This document shows, piece by piece, positions 28,979-38,701 of a DNA stretch of 64,000 nucleotides. Source of the DNA: a virus; IMG/VR virus record IMGVR_UViG_3300002835_000015, positions 64,001 through 128,000 of that record, one strand, 5' to 3'. The position numbers and the translations under genes are program-made. How positions within the stretch are numbered: the stretch's first letter is position 1; each line of letters opens with the position of its first letter. The notes below the pieces were generated by a model. That model was not told the DNA's origin and searched no databases. It saw only the letters and a list, made by a program, of their open reading frames with translations.

Positions 28979-28997
28979 CAAAAAGGTCATAAAGCCT

Positions 28998-29417
28998 TTA
29001 GTTTCCAGAACTTCCAAAGCCATTGTCTCCTCGTTGCGAGGAACCTAACGTTTCATGGACCTCCATACTTACGCGAGGAACCTCTTGGAATATAATCTGA
29101 GCGATTCTATCCCCGGTATTTATACCTACAACTTCATCAGAAGTGTTGTATAAGCATACCATTATTTCTCCTCTATATCCGCTATCCACTACCCCTGCTA
29201 AAACATCAATTCCATGTTTAACTGATAGTCCCGATCTGGGCCAAATTAAACCGGCAAAGTGTTCTGGCATTTGTATTGCTATCCCCGTTCTGACAGTCTT
29301 ACGTTGTTTTGGTGGTATGACGGTATCAAGCACTGAGTATAAGTCAAATCCTGCGTCATTTATATTAGCTTTTGTTGGAACTTTGGCATTATTATCAAGT
29401 AATTGAACAGAAATCAT
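28998..29417 (-). CDS. dut: Trimeric dUTPase
   Basis: AGFDL, RSGL, GVVDSGYRGE, RIAQ, RG..GFGSSG. Confidence 0.95.
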   Translation of the reverse strand: MISVQLLDNNAKVPTKANINDAGFDLYSVLDTVIPPKQRKTVRTGIAIQMPEHFAGLIWPRSGLSVKHGIDVLAGVVDSGYRGEIMVCLYNTSDEVVGINTGDRIAQIIFQEVPRVSMEVHETLGSSQRGDNGFGSSGN

Positions 29418-30493
29418 AGATCGAATCCTCCTAGGTCAACATCCTCTAAGTCATTCTTACTAGCACCAATCTTATATGAAGTAATTTCATGCTCTTGTGG
29501 TGCAACTTGTACTGATTCACTATTCATCCAAGGGTCAGTCCATCCAGATATTGGGTTTCTACAACCCTTATCGTATGGTAGTCCTATATTCTTTCTTCTG
29601 GTCATACATAGCCAATCAATGTATTCAGCCATTACCTTTTCATTTAAGCCAATGATTGATCCATCTTTAAATAGATATTCTGCCCATGCTTTTTCCTCAT
29701 TTGCTGCGGATTCAAACATTGCTACGGCTTCTTCTTGGCATTCTTCTGCTATCTTTACAAATCCCTCTTCTGGAACATTATGAAGAATCTTAATAATTTC
29801 CTGAGTATTATAAAGATGTAATGCCTCATCGCGTTTTATTAGTTTAATAATGTCTGCATTACCGATCATTTTCTTATTTTCTGCAAACGCGAATGCAGAA
29901 ATAAATGAGACATAAAATCTAACTGCTTCAAGTATGTTAACGCTAATGAGAGTTAGGTAAATCTGCTTTTTTATATCTTTAACTTTGCCGGAATGACCTA
30001 CTTCTCGTAAAGCGTTATATTCTTTTATTGCTACATTAGCTCGTTTGAGAATTTCTTTGTCTGTTAAACAGCTATCTAATATTTCACTAGGATTATTATA
30101 TACGTTCTTAATAATATATGTATAGCTGTAACTATGAATTTGTTCGAAAAATTGCCAAACATTCATACAAGCTTCTAATTCTGGATTAGAAACATACTGA
30201 TTGAAGCTTGGAACACCCCTACAAATAACTGAATCAAGCATAGTTTGATATTTAAGATTAGATGTGAAAATAAATCTTTCATTCTCACTCATAATATCAT
30301 CATTTTTGAAGTCATTACGATCTTTCTTCAGTTCTATTTCTTCTGGACGCCAAAAGAATTCAATTTGTTTCTTATATAAATCAAAAAATACTGGATATTT
30401 AAATTTATCATATCTCTGTAATGATAAGTTTTCGCCTAAAAATAATGGTTGCTTCAAGTAGTCAACGTTTTTAGTATTTAATATTGTTTTCAT
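29414..30493 (-). CDS. nrdB: Ribonucleotide reductase class Ia beta subunit
   Basis: FFWRPEEI, EQIHSYSY, LEAVRFYVSF, RDEALH, QVAPQE. Confidence 0.95.
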   Translation of the reverse strand: MKTILNTKNVDYLKQPLFLGENLSLQRYDKFKYPVFFDLYKKQIEFFWRPEEIELKKDRNDFKNDDIMSENERFIFTSNLKYQTMLDSVICRGVPSFNQYVSNPELEACMNVWQFFEQIHSYSYTYIIKNVYNNPSEILDSCLTDKEILKRANVAIKEYNALREVGHSGKVKDIKKQIYLTLISVNILEAVRFYVSFISAFAFAENKKMIGNADIIKLIKRDEALHLYNTQEIIKILHNVPEEGFVKIAEECQEEAVAMFESAANEEKAWAEYLFKDGSIIGLNEKVMAEYIDWLCMTRRKNIGLPYDKGCRNPISGWTDPWMNSESVQVAPQEHEITSYKIGASKNDLEDVDLGGFDL

Positions 30494-30989
30494 GTTCCAA
30501 TCTTCTTTCTATAGCTTTATTTATATCATCAAAAAAGCCTAACTCTTTGCGTTTACCATTAATTTGTATTCTTACTTGCCACTTTTTTCTTATTTTATTC
30601 CAAGAAATACCTCTATACCCACTAGTTGAATCTTTTCTAACATGTGAATTACTTTGATTAATTTCTTGTGTGACATCTCGTAAATTATTAATACAATTAT
30701 TCTGTTTATTTCTATCAATGTGATCTATTTGATTTTTAGGCCATTCATCATAATACAAATACCATGCCAATCTGTGTGCTTTATATCTTTTATATCCTAC
30801 TGATATTACTATATACCCCTTATTATCAATAGTACCTGCGATATCTCCCGCCTTTGTATATCCCAAATTAGGATTTATTTTCCAGAATATATTTCCAGTG
30901 TTGGGGTCATATAATAACATTTCTTTTAAATTATATTGCACAAGAACCACCCTCACAGGTAGATAACAAATCTTTTTCAGTATTACCAT
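30471..30989 (-). CDS. HNH-AP2 homing endonuclease between nrdA and nrdB
   Basis: YDPNTG, AHRLAW, IDHIDRNKQNN...NLR, SGYRGISW; true start probably near 30941 (GTG) or 30920. Confidence 0.85.
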   Translation of the reverse strand: MVILKKICYLPVRVVLVQYNLKEMLLYDPNTGNIFWKINPNLGYTKAGDIAGTIDNKGYIVISVGYKRYKAHRLAWYLYYDEWPKNQIDHIDRNKQNNCINNLRDVTQEINQSNSHVRKDSTSGYRGISWNKIRKKWQVRIQINGKRKELGFFDDINKAIERRLEHENNIKY

Positions 30990-33165
30990 CAGAATCTGGC
31001 GTATTGCAATAATAAAAGTTCTTTACACCATATTTATACCCCTGTATCTGATCTTTGATCAAAATACTCAAAGGAATATTGCCGTCAGGATAATGGGAAT
31101 AATTATAGTATAAATTAACACTTATGCTCATATCAACAAATTTTTGTAACACTGCACAAATATTTAATATTGCTTTGTTGTTTGGCATTTCCCACGCTAA
31201 AGTATAGTAATTTTTACGAGAAGCATAATTTGGCACTAATTGCTTGAGGATGCCGTTCTTAGCCTTTTTATAAGACATGAGGCTACGGACAGGTTCAATT
31301 CCATTTGTGCTGTTCTGGATGACGCTAGAGGACTCACAGGGCATTATAGCAGTCAGAGTAGAGTGTCTTAGACCATGAATTTTGATCCTAGCTCTCAAAC
31401 CCTCCCAATCCATAATATACTCTGGCTTAACCAGTTCGTCAACTGTTTTTTTGTACCAATCGATTGGAAGCAATCCGCGAGAATATTTAGTCTCATTAAA
31501 TTTATTACATGGACCCTTGAGTTCAGCAAGTTTGCAGGACTCATTTAGTAAGTACCACTGAATTTTTTCCATGATTTCATGAACTAATCTTAATGTTTCG
31601 GCATCATCATATTTTAGCTTGTGCTTTGCTAAAAATGCAGCAAAATTAGTAATACCAATTCCAAGTGATCTACGATTCTTTGTAAAGTTTTCACCAGCCG
31701 CTACTGGATAATCTTGATAATCAATAATAGATTCTAAAGACTTTACAGCAATAGAGCAAGCTTTTTCTATGTCCTTGTTATCTTCCAGTTCAAGTAGGTT
31801 TAATGCTGACAGAATACAAATACCAATTTCGCCTTCTTTGTCATCTATAGATGATATTGGTTTAGTTGGATGGATAATTTCTTGACATAGATTACTCATG
31901 TAAACTGGGGCATCCCATGATCCATGCTCATTAGCATTATCAATATTCATAACATAAATGCGACCAGTTTCTAATCTCTCTTTGGTAAAAATTTCAGCAA
32001 GCTTTCTTGCGTTAATTTTCTTCTTCATCTTTACGTAGCGAGCGTTTTCATATTTTTCATATAGCTTTTTGAAGTCTTCATTATTGTTCATAGAACTATA
32101 AAGACCACCAGTTTCATGAGGACTCATTAGTGTAATGTCTTCATTTTTAATTAAACGCTCATAGAATAACTTGTTAAACTGAACAGAATAATCTAGCTTT
32201 CTTACTCTATTATCGTCAGTTCCCGCGTTATTCTTTAATGTCATTATATCTTCAATTTCATAGTGCCAAAATGGAATATGCACAGTAGCAGAACCACCAC
32301 GAATACCATTCTGACTTGTTGCTTTAACCGTTGACTCAAATATCTTTAAGTATGGGATAAGACCAGTATGAATTACTTCGCCGCCCCTAATGCTAGAGTT
32401 AATTGGGCGAATGCGGCCAATATTTAAACCAATGCCAGCCCTTCTTGCAGTATACTTTCCAACAGCGTGTACGCTTGAAAATATAGAATCAAGATCATCT
32501 TCAACGTCTACTAGAACACAGCTAGCAAACTGTTTGATTTTAGTTCTTACTCCAGCCATGATTGGAGTTGGAAGATTAATCTTAAATGTAGAGAAACATT
32601 CATATGCCTCTTCTACTTCCTCTACGGTATCAAATAAAGACATAGCGATTGCTACATAAGCAAACTGTGGTGTTTCATACATCTGTCCAGTAGACCTATT
32701 CTTAATAAGATACTTATCTATCATTTGCTGTAATCCAGCATAAGTATATAAATAATCTCTATCATGATCCACGAACTTTTCAATCTGATCTATTTGTTCT
32801 TTACTCCACTTTGATAATAGAGTTTCATCATATATTTCAGCTTTTACATTACTAGATATATGAGACAACAAACTTGGTGGAGCATCATGGTTTTCCCAGA
32901 GATCTTTTCTAAGGGACATATTCAATAGTCTAGATGCAACATATTGATAGTTTGGCTTGCTGGGAGAAGTTAGATCGTTAGCAGACTTGATTAAGATTTG
33001 ATGGATTTCTTCTGTGGTTATTCCATCTTTTAAAGAGAGGTTAGCATTCATCTCTATATCTGACCAAGAAACGTTAGCGATGTCTTTTATCGCCCACTCT
33101 ACAACCTTATGAATCTTCTCAACTGTATAGACTTCGAAACTACCGTTCCTTTTTTGAACGCGCAT
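30931..33165 (-). CDS. nrdA: Ribonucleotide reductase class Ia alpha subunit with ATP cone
   Basis: VQKRNG, PTP, FASC, SNLCQEI, MPCESSS, YY, C-terminal CEGGSC. Confidence 0.95.
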   Translation of the reverse strand: MRVQKRNGSFEVYTVEKIHKVVEWAIKDIANVSWSDIEMNANLSLKDGITTEEIHQILIKSANDLTSPSKPNYQYVASRLLNMSLRKDLWENHDAPPSLLSHISSNVKAEIYDETLLSKWSKEQIDQIEKFVDHDRDYLYTYAGLQQMIDKYLIKNRSTGQMYETPQFAYVAIAMSLFDTVEEVEEAYECFSTFKINLPTPIMAGVRTKIKQFASCVLVDVEDDLDSIFSSVHAVGKYTARRAGIGLNIGRIRPINSSIRGGEVIHTGLIPYLKIFESTVKATSQNGIRGGSATVHIPFWHYEIEDIMTLKNNAGTDDNRVRKLDYSVQFNKLFYERLIKNEDITLMSPHETGGLYSSMNNNEDFKKLYEKYENARYVKMKKKINARKLAEIFTKERLETGRIYVMNIDNANEHGSWDAPVYMSNLCQEIIHPTKPISSIDDKEGEIGICILSALNLLELEDNKDIEKACSIAVKSLESIIDYQDYPVAAGENFTKNRRSLGIGITNFAAFLAKHKLKYDDAETLRLVHEIMEKIQWYLLNESCKLAELKGPCNKFNETKYSRGLLPIDWYKKTVDELVKPEYIMDWEGLRARIKIHGLRHSTLTAIMPCESSSVIQNSTNGIEPVRSLMSYKKAKNGILKQLVPNYASRKNYYTLAWEMPNNKAILNICAVLQKFVDMSISVNLYYNYSHYPDGNIPLSILIKDQIQGYKYGVKNFYYCNTPDSDGNTEKDLLSTCEGGSCAI

Positions 33166-33191
33166 AATCCCCTCTTTCTTTTAATCAACTA

Positions 33192-33830
33192 TCAATATTC
33201 GTTAAAAAGTTTTCTAAACAATCTTTCAAGTATAAACTTTAATATAACGGGCAAAACAACATAGATTAGCAAGAATGATAGTATAACAGACCCATGAATT
33301 ACTTCTGGATCTTGTTTTACATTAGACATTACGAAGTCTTTGCAGTCTCTTTTTAGTTGCCTCTTGCTATATTTGTCACACTCCGCAAAGTTCATTCCGC
33401 CTTGGCTAGCTATTGTAGCCCATTCGTTGCCATACTGCAAACATTTTTTGGCTAAAAAGTTTCTTTCTTCGTCTGCGTATTCAGCATCAATCTGAGCTTC
33501 TATGTCGCTAGTGTCGAAAGAACCACCAAACAGAGTTTCTGAGTTTTCATCATAGGAAAACTTGATATCTGGAAGGTATCTCAACTTTAGTGTACCACCA
33601 TCTTTACCCAAAGTCAAGCCCTGTACGTAAGCACTTAACTTTATGTACTTTTTCCAAGTGACTTTTGGGAGAGATTCAGTAAATGAAAGAATGATATTTT
33701 CAGAGGTATCTTTTATGACTTTAATATCTAATGGTTGGGGGAAACTTATATTTAGATTTTTAATGTCATAACCATTCTTTGAAAAGATAAAATCAACAAT
33801 CTGTTTAATTTGTAAAATTGGTATTGCCAT
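33192..33830 (-). CDS. Hypothetical protein with C-terminal TM helix
   Basis: GSVILSFLLIYVVLPVILKFIL. Confidence 0.7.
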   Translation of the reverse strand: MAIPILQIKQIVDFIFSKNGYDIKNLNISFPQPLDIKVIKDTSENIILSFTESLPKVTWKKYIKLSAYVQGLTLGKDGGTLKLRYLPDIKFSYDENSETLFGGSFDTSDIEAQIDAEYADEERNFLAKKCLQYGNEWATIASQGGMNFAECDKYSKRQLKRDCKDFVMSNVKQDPEVIHGSVILSFLLIYVVLPVILKFILERLFRKLFNEY

Positions 33831-33831
33831 A

Positions 33832-34311
33832 TTAATTTTTCTGTATTAGTGACCAAGCCAAGCCCATAAATCTATCTGAGATTTTATTTTTTTCTTCATC
33901 TGTTAGTTTATGATTGTCATCACCACCAGCGGCAGAAGTAATTAAATCTATGATAGCGACATCTAAATCTTTATACTTATCGTTCATAGCCCCTTCAAAG
34001 AATCCACTTGCAGATAATGCTAGCACATCATTTACTTGTTGTAACTGAGCGTCATAGGTTTTTACCCTACTAGCAAACTCTTGACTATATATAGCCATCT
34101 TTGCTCTATCGGTAGGGTCAGTAATTAATGATGATACCGGTTTAACAAGTTCTATTATTTCATCGCTTGGGCGATCTATATTTAGAATAGCAACATCGGG
34201 CTTTGGAAAAACTGGAATTAAATTTAATACCGGTTTGTATAAAGCTAAACCTAGTAAAACTAGTGCTATAAGATTTCTAACCTTAAGAAACTTTTCCATC
34301 GTTGTCCTCAA
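33832..34311 (-). CDS. Membrane-anchored helical protein
   Basis: N-terminal LIALVLLGLAL. Confidence 0.7.
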   Translation of the reverse strand: MRTTMEKFLKVRNLIALVLLGLALYKPVLNLIPVFPKPDVAILNIDRPSDEIIELVKPVSSLITDPTDRAKMAIYSQEFASRVKTYDAQLQQVNDVLALSASGFFEGAMNDKYKDLDVAIIDLITSAAGGDDNHKLTDEEKNKISDRFMGLAWSLIQKN

Positions 34312-34558
34312 TTACTTTGTTTAATAGTGGAAATACTTCGTCTAATTTCTCAGACGCTACGGTTAAATGGTATTCATCGCATTTATTTTTTAGCTGATAC
34401 CATAAACTAACTATTTCCAAAAATCCCTCTTCTTTGTTCTCTACAACTTTGACTTTAGACTTAGCAAATAATCTAGATACCCAGTATGGAATATCTACAA
34501 AGTTAGTTGCTAATATAAGTAAAGCAATTACAATCAACCAAACATTCCACGATTCCAT
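34283..34558 (-). CDS. Small membrane protein
   Basis: N-terminal VWLIVIALLILA. Confidence 0.7.
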   Translation of the reverse strand: MESWNVWLIVIALLILATNFVDIPYWVSRLFAKSKVKVVENKEEGFLEIVSLWYQLKNKCDEYHLTVASEKLDEVFPLLNKVIEDNDGKVS

Positions 34559-34562
34559 CTTA

Positions 34563-34868
34563 TTACCTCTTTAAATTAGTGGTCTTTGCATGAAATGGAC
34601 ACACTGTTTTATGACCATCTCCTTGAACTATTATTCCCGTGCCTTTGCAAACGCATTTGGCTGGGTCTGGATCAGTATCCACAACGGGCTGTGGTTTTGG
34701 ATCTACCTTAAAAACCTCTTTTTCTGCGTTATCAAAAGCTGCTTTACACTTCTCTTGCCACTCCGTTACGTAAGAAGAGTACATATTTGTTATATCTTCT
34801 GGATTGACAGAAAACATATTATTTGAGCATCCAGCTAATAATAATGCTAATAGTATATATTTATTCAT
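34563..34868 (-). CDS. Lipoprotein with C-terminal Cys motif
   Basis: Lipobox LLLAGC; CVCKGTG...GDG...CPFH. Confidence 0.75.
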   Translation of the reverse strand: MNKYILLALLLAGCSNNMFSVNPEDITNMYSSYVTEWQEKCKAAFDNAEKEVFKVDPKPQPVVDTDPDPAKCVCKGTGIIVQGDGHKTVCPFHAKTTNLKR

Positions 34869-34876
34869 TGTAATTC

Positions 34877-36175
34877 CTAGTATAAAGTGAATGAAGACAA
34901 ATCAATTGTTGTTACAGTATATGAACTACCAGATCTATTATTTCTTGTCCAAAGTAGATTCATATTAGTATTTAATGTACTTATAAAATTACTATAGAAT
35001 GGTCCACTGTCTGGTCCGGTCCATGTTATTATCAAAACCAATTGATTATTGATGATTAAAAATGATGGGTTACCACTATCTCCACCGATTATTGATTCAT
35101 GAAATAATATTCTATTTGGGTATGTATTATAATAACTATTATTGGGATCAAGATAATTTTGTGTTGGTTGCTGTGTATATGCGGAACTGCCCGTTGGGTC
35201 CACGTATAGAAATTCTTTTACTAAAGCTTTTTCTTCTTGATCTAAAGATAGCATTGGAAGTCTGTAGATGGTATAAGTACCACTTTTATTTCTATAAATT
35301 GTAGGTAAATATATAGACCAATTAGAAGGAAGTAATTTGGCAAAACTAATGGAATTTGGTACGTCAGAATCTAAAAGTCCCAAATAAATATCACTAGTCA
35401 ATGTTGGCATTTTGTCTATTAATGTTCTTTCTATAACGACATTATCATTAGTAACAAATCTAACTTTAGCCCCGATATCTATTTCATAATGAGTAGCAAA
35501 AACTAAGTGACTTGGGCTAATTAGAGTTCCAGCTCTAGTATTTGATCCAGTTGTATTCCAAGGACTTATGCAAGTTAAATCTAAATCATAAGCCCAACAA
35601 TTAGTATTTCTAACGTATGTAGAAGTTGAATGGTTTTGAGTACTATAAATATCTTTTGCTATAGTTGGGTTTTTATTTAATAGTCTATTATCGACGCTAT
35701 CAGAACAATTTTTTGCTAAACTACCAGATGTAAATTCACAAAAAGCATCTATTTGTCCACCTATATTACAATTGACATTTACTTCTGCAATGTTAAAATC
35801 AGATGTATTTATTCCACTTGCTATAATTTTTACTGCTCTTTTAGAAGTGCTTCCCGTTGGCACTCCAGAACATATATAGTTGTTAGGATTTAAATTTGAT
35901 AAAATACTGTTATCTGTACTATATACAGTAACTGATATATCATCTTGTTTATATAATATTATATTAAAATCAGTTATAGTAGATGAATTAGTAGATCTGA
36001 ATACTGTAGCGTCATAATTCGTAGTATAACCAGAGCCAGTAGAAACTAATATCCTATCTTGGGGCTGTGCTGTGATTTTTACTCTATCTCCACCAATATC
36101 TGGTTTTTTAAACAGATAAGATGAATTCTCAGATATAGAACCACAATTGAGAGGTATATTTTGAGCTTCTATCAT
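34877..36175 (-). CDS. Trypsin-like serine protease, paralog B
   Basis: GTLISPSHLVFATHY (His), SDIYLGLL (Asp), GGDSGNP (Ser); no signal peptide. Confidence 0.8.
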   Translation of the reverse strand: MIEAQNIPLNCGSISENSSYLFKKPDIGGDRVKITAQPQDRILVSTGSGYTTNYDATVFRSTNSSTITDFNIILYKQDDISVTVYSTDNSILSNLNPNNYICSGVPTGSTSKRAVKIIASGINTSDFNIAEVNVNCNIGGQIDAFCEFTSGSLAKNCSDSVDNRLLNKNPTIAKDIYSTQNHSTSTYVRNTNCWAYDLDLTCISPWNTTGSNTRAGTLISPSHLVFATHYEIDIGAKVRFVTNDNVVIERTLIDKMPTLTSDIYLGLLDSDVPNSISFAKLLPSNWSIYLPTIYRNKSGTYTIYRLPMLSLDQEEKALVKEFLYVDPTGSSAYTQQPTQNYLDPNNSYYNTYPNRILFHESIIGGDSGNPSFLIINNQLVLIITWTGPDSGPFYSNFISTLNTNMNLLWTRNNRSGSSYTVTTIDLSSFTLY

Positions 36176-37479
36176 TATGGTGTTCCATAGCTAGCTTGAC
36201 AGTAATTTACTGCCGCTACCCATCTAATATTTTTAGTTGCTAATCCAGTAACTCTAATAGACAATCCTCCATTTGTAGCATCTGCTGCTACGCTGGCTAA
36301 AGCCGAAGTCATACCAGCATCTTTCCAGCTTGTTTCAGTGGGTGTTTCAATCAAAGCGGTAGTACTAGCACCAACCCCTCTTTTAATACCTCCAACAAAA
36401 TTCCATACGGCTGAAGAAGTATCCGTGTCATTATAAGCACTAATTTGTATGTTAAAATTTACCGTAGTTTTATCTGGTAAAAATATAAAATTTCTTGAAG
36501 TCGTGTTACTTGGAGATGTTACTAGAGATGCAGATCCATTTGCCGTTAAAATTACATTTGATGTATTACTTGAGGTTTCAGTTCTTAGCACTATGGTTGA
36601 TCGCTGTGCATCTCCAGCAGAAGCAAAACTACCACCAGCCTGTGCCACTTCTCCATATAAAGTAGTTTTTGCGGATATACCACCTAAAATAGATGAATAT
36701 ATTCCGCTAGCAATATTGTTTTGACCGTTAATGATGCTAGAATAGTTAGCAGTTGCTGTGTTTTGATTCCCATTTCCAATAAAAGTATAATCTGAAATAG
36801 CAGAATGACCAAATCCATTTATAATAGAAGAATAAGTTCCTCTGCTCATATTAAAAGTTCCATTACATATCAACCCATAGTTAGGAGACGTTACAGTATT
36901 TCTTAAACCAGTGATTATGGTAGCGTTACTAGAGGCTGGTGATCCAGCAGTATTTCTATCTCCATTAAGAATAGATGTATAAACACCGCTACCAACACAG
37001 CCATTACCAGATAAAATTGTTATATTATAACCACTTGCAGTACAAGTATTAGCGTGATAAATACCATTATAGTTAAAACTTGAACCAAGCAGTGATGAAA
37101 TTATTGAGTTTCCTGATCCCAAGCATAGATTTCCGCTTCCTAATATATTGTTAAATTTTGTAGTATTATTACCAGAGATTTCAACTATTGGGGATGAGAT
37201 TACTATTCCGCCAACTGTAGATCCATCACCAACATATAGTTTTTTAGTATCGGTTGTCCATAACGGTTCTGCTACCGATGGAGTTACCAATAGTCTTTCT
37301 GAATCAAGACCCTGCTTTAATTGCAAAGTTGCAGCTTGATTTAGTACAGAACTTCTTAATGTGCTGGCAGAAACTTTTTTTGTTATTGCTTGATCATTTG
37401 GGCTATCCACCATAACAAAAAGATCATCATCTGTTACAGATGATACTGATGGTAACTGCGTTATTTTTACAACACCCAT
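36175..37479 (-). CDS. Tail fibre/adhesin B with beta-roll repeats
   Basis: KITQLP..DDL..MVD N-module, Mtd_N-like EPLWTTDTKKLYVGDG, repeats N.ASG.YSSI.(N/G)G. Confidence 0.7.
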   Translation of the reverse strand: MGVVKITQLPSVSSVTDDDLFVMVDSPNDQAITKKVSASTLRSSVLNQAATLQLKQGLDSERLLVTPSVAEPLWTTDTKKLYVGDGSTVGGIVISSPIVEISGNNTTKFNNILGSGNLCLGSGNSIISSLLGSSFNYNGIYHANTCTASGYNITILSGNGCVGSGVYTSILNGDRNTAGSPASSNATIITGLRNTVTSPNYGLICNGTFNMSRGTYSSIINGFGHSAISDYTFIGNGNQNTATANYSSIINGQNNIASGIYSSILGGISAKTTLYGEVAQAGGSFASAGDAQRSTIVLRTETSSNTSNVILTANGSASLVTSPSNTTSRNFIFLPDKTTVNFNIQISAYNDTDTSSAVWNFVGGIKRGVGASTTALIETPTETSWKDAGMTSALASVAADATNGGLSIRVTGLATKNIRWVAAVNYCQASYGTP

Positions 37480-37488
37480 ATTAAACTC

Positions 37489-38700
37489 CTAATAAGATAA
37501 AAAAGATGAAAGATCTATTTCAGTTAGTTGATACCCACCGCCAAGCTGAGACATCATTGTGTTGATAGCATTTTTTCTTTGAGTTATAAATGTACCCAAA
37601 CTAGAACTAGTCCAAACTGTAAGAACTACTAATTGATTGTTAATTATTAGAAATGATGGACTACCAGAATCTCCGCCAATAATATCTTCATAAAATGATA
37701 ATCTAAAAGAATTTGTCGGGCGCATCAGTACAACTTGATTAGATATTGCATATAAATCAGCAACCATAGCTTTTTTTTCTTGATCCGTTATTAAAACTGG
37801 AAGTTTTATTGGATGAGAAATAGAAGGTAAATACGATGTCCAGTTTTCTGGCAAAATTTTAGCAAATGATATACTATTAGGAACATCAGAATTTAATACA
37901 CCAATAGTTATATCTGGATAATATGGAGTGTATGAAGGATCTGTTTGCAATGTTTCAATAGTTCTATTAATAACAATATTGTCTGATGTGACATATCTTA
38001 TTGTTGTTCCTACTGGTGGTTGATAGTGGGCGGCAAATAAAACATGACGAGGAGAAATAAGTACTCCCGCCATATTATTGCCACCATATGAGTTCCATGG
38101 ACTTATGCACGTTAAATCTATGTCTGAAACCCAACATCCTGTATTTCTAATATAAATATTAGATGAGTTGTTTATATTAGAAAAAATAGGTTTTGAGTAA
38201 CCGGGAACTTTGTTGCTTATACGACTGTCGATGGCATCAGTAGTATTTTTTGCTAATGAATTATTAGCCCAACTGTTAAAAGAGTCTATATTTCCAGAAT
38301 ATGTTTTTTGAGCATACAGTCCTATTGCTGATGTTTCACCATCATTAGATATTGCTGTAATAGTACAATATCCATCATTCTGATACGTAGCTATTCCACC
38401 ATTATTATTTATAGTTAATACAGATGGATTGGATGATGAAAATTTAACAAGGCTATTGAATGTAGATTGATTGAATATATTTTGTATAGTAAAATCTGTA
38501 ACATATTCAGCACTAGTTTGCCTATTGAGCATTTTATCTTTATCATAAGCTATAGAATTAGAGCCAGACACTGTAATTCTATTTATGACATTACCTACAA
38601 TGTCAAAAGATCTATCGCTAATCCTTTTTTTAGCATAATTATTGAAGTTTACGGTTGATGCTAAACCGCAGTTAATTGGATGATTTACAGATGGATACAT
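37489..38700 (-). CDS. Trypsin-like serine protease, paralog A, with Ig-like N-terminal domain
   Basis: FSSSNPSVLTI...G...ITA (Big_2-like); GVLISPRHVLFAAHY, PDITIGVL, GGDSGSP. Confidence 0.8.
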   Translation of the reverse strand: MYPSVNHPINCGLASTVNFNNYAKKRISDRSFDIVGNVINRITVSGSNSIAYDKDKMLNRQTSAEYVTDFTIQNIFNQSTFNSLVKFSSSNPSVLTINNNGGIATYQNDGYCTITAISNDGETSAIGLYAQKTYSGNIDSFNSWANNSLAKNTTDAIDSRISNKVPGYSKPIFSNINNSSNIYIRNTGCWVSDIDLTCISPWNSYGGNNMAGVLISPRHVLFAAHYQPPVGTTIRYVTSDNIVINRTIETLQTDPSYTPYYPDITIGVLNSDVPNSISFAKILPENWTSYLPSISHPIKLPVLITDQEKKAMVADLYAISNQVVLMRPTNSFRLSFYEDIIGGDSGSPSFLIINNQLVVLTVWTSSSLGTFITQRKNAINTMMSQLGGGYQLTEIDLSSFLSY

Positions 38701-38701
38701 A

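Noticed and set aside
30471-30989. Group I intron or split nrdA around the HNH gene
   Set aside because: nrdA ends with its CxxxxC tail and nrdB is complete; the endonuclease is free-standing
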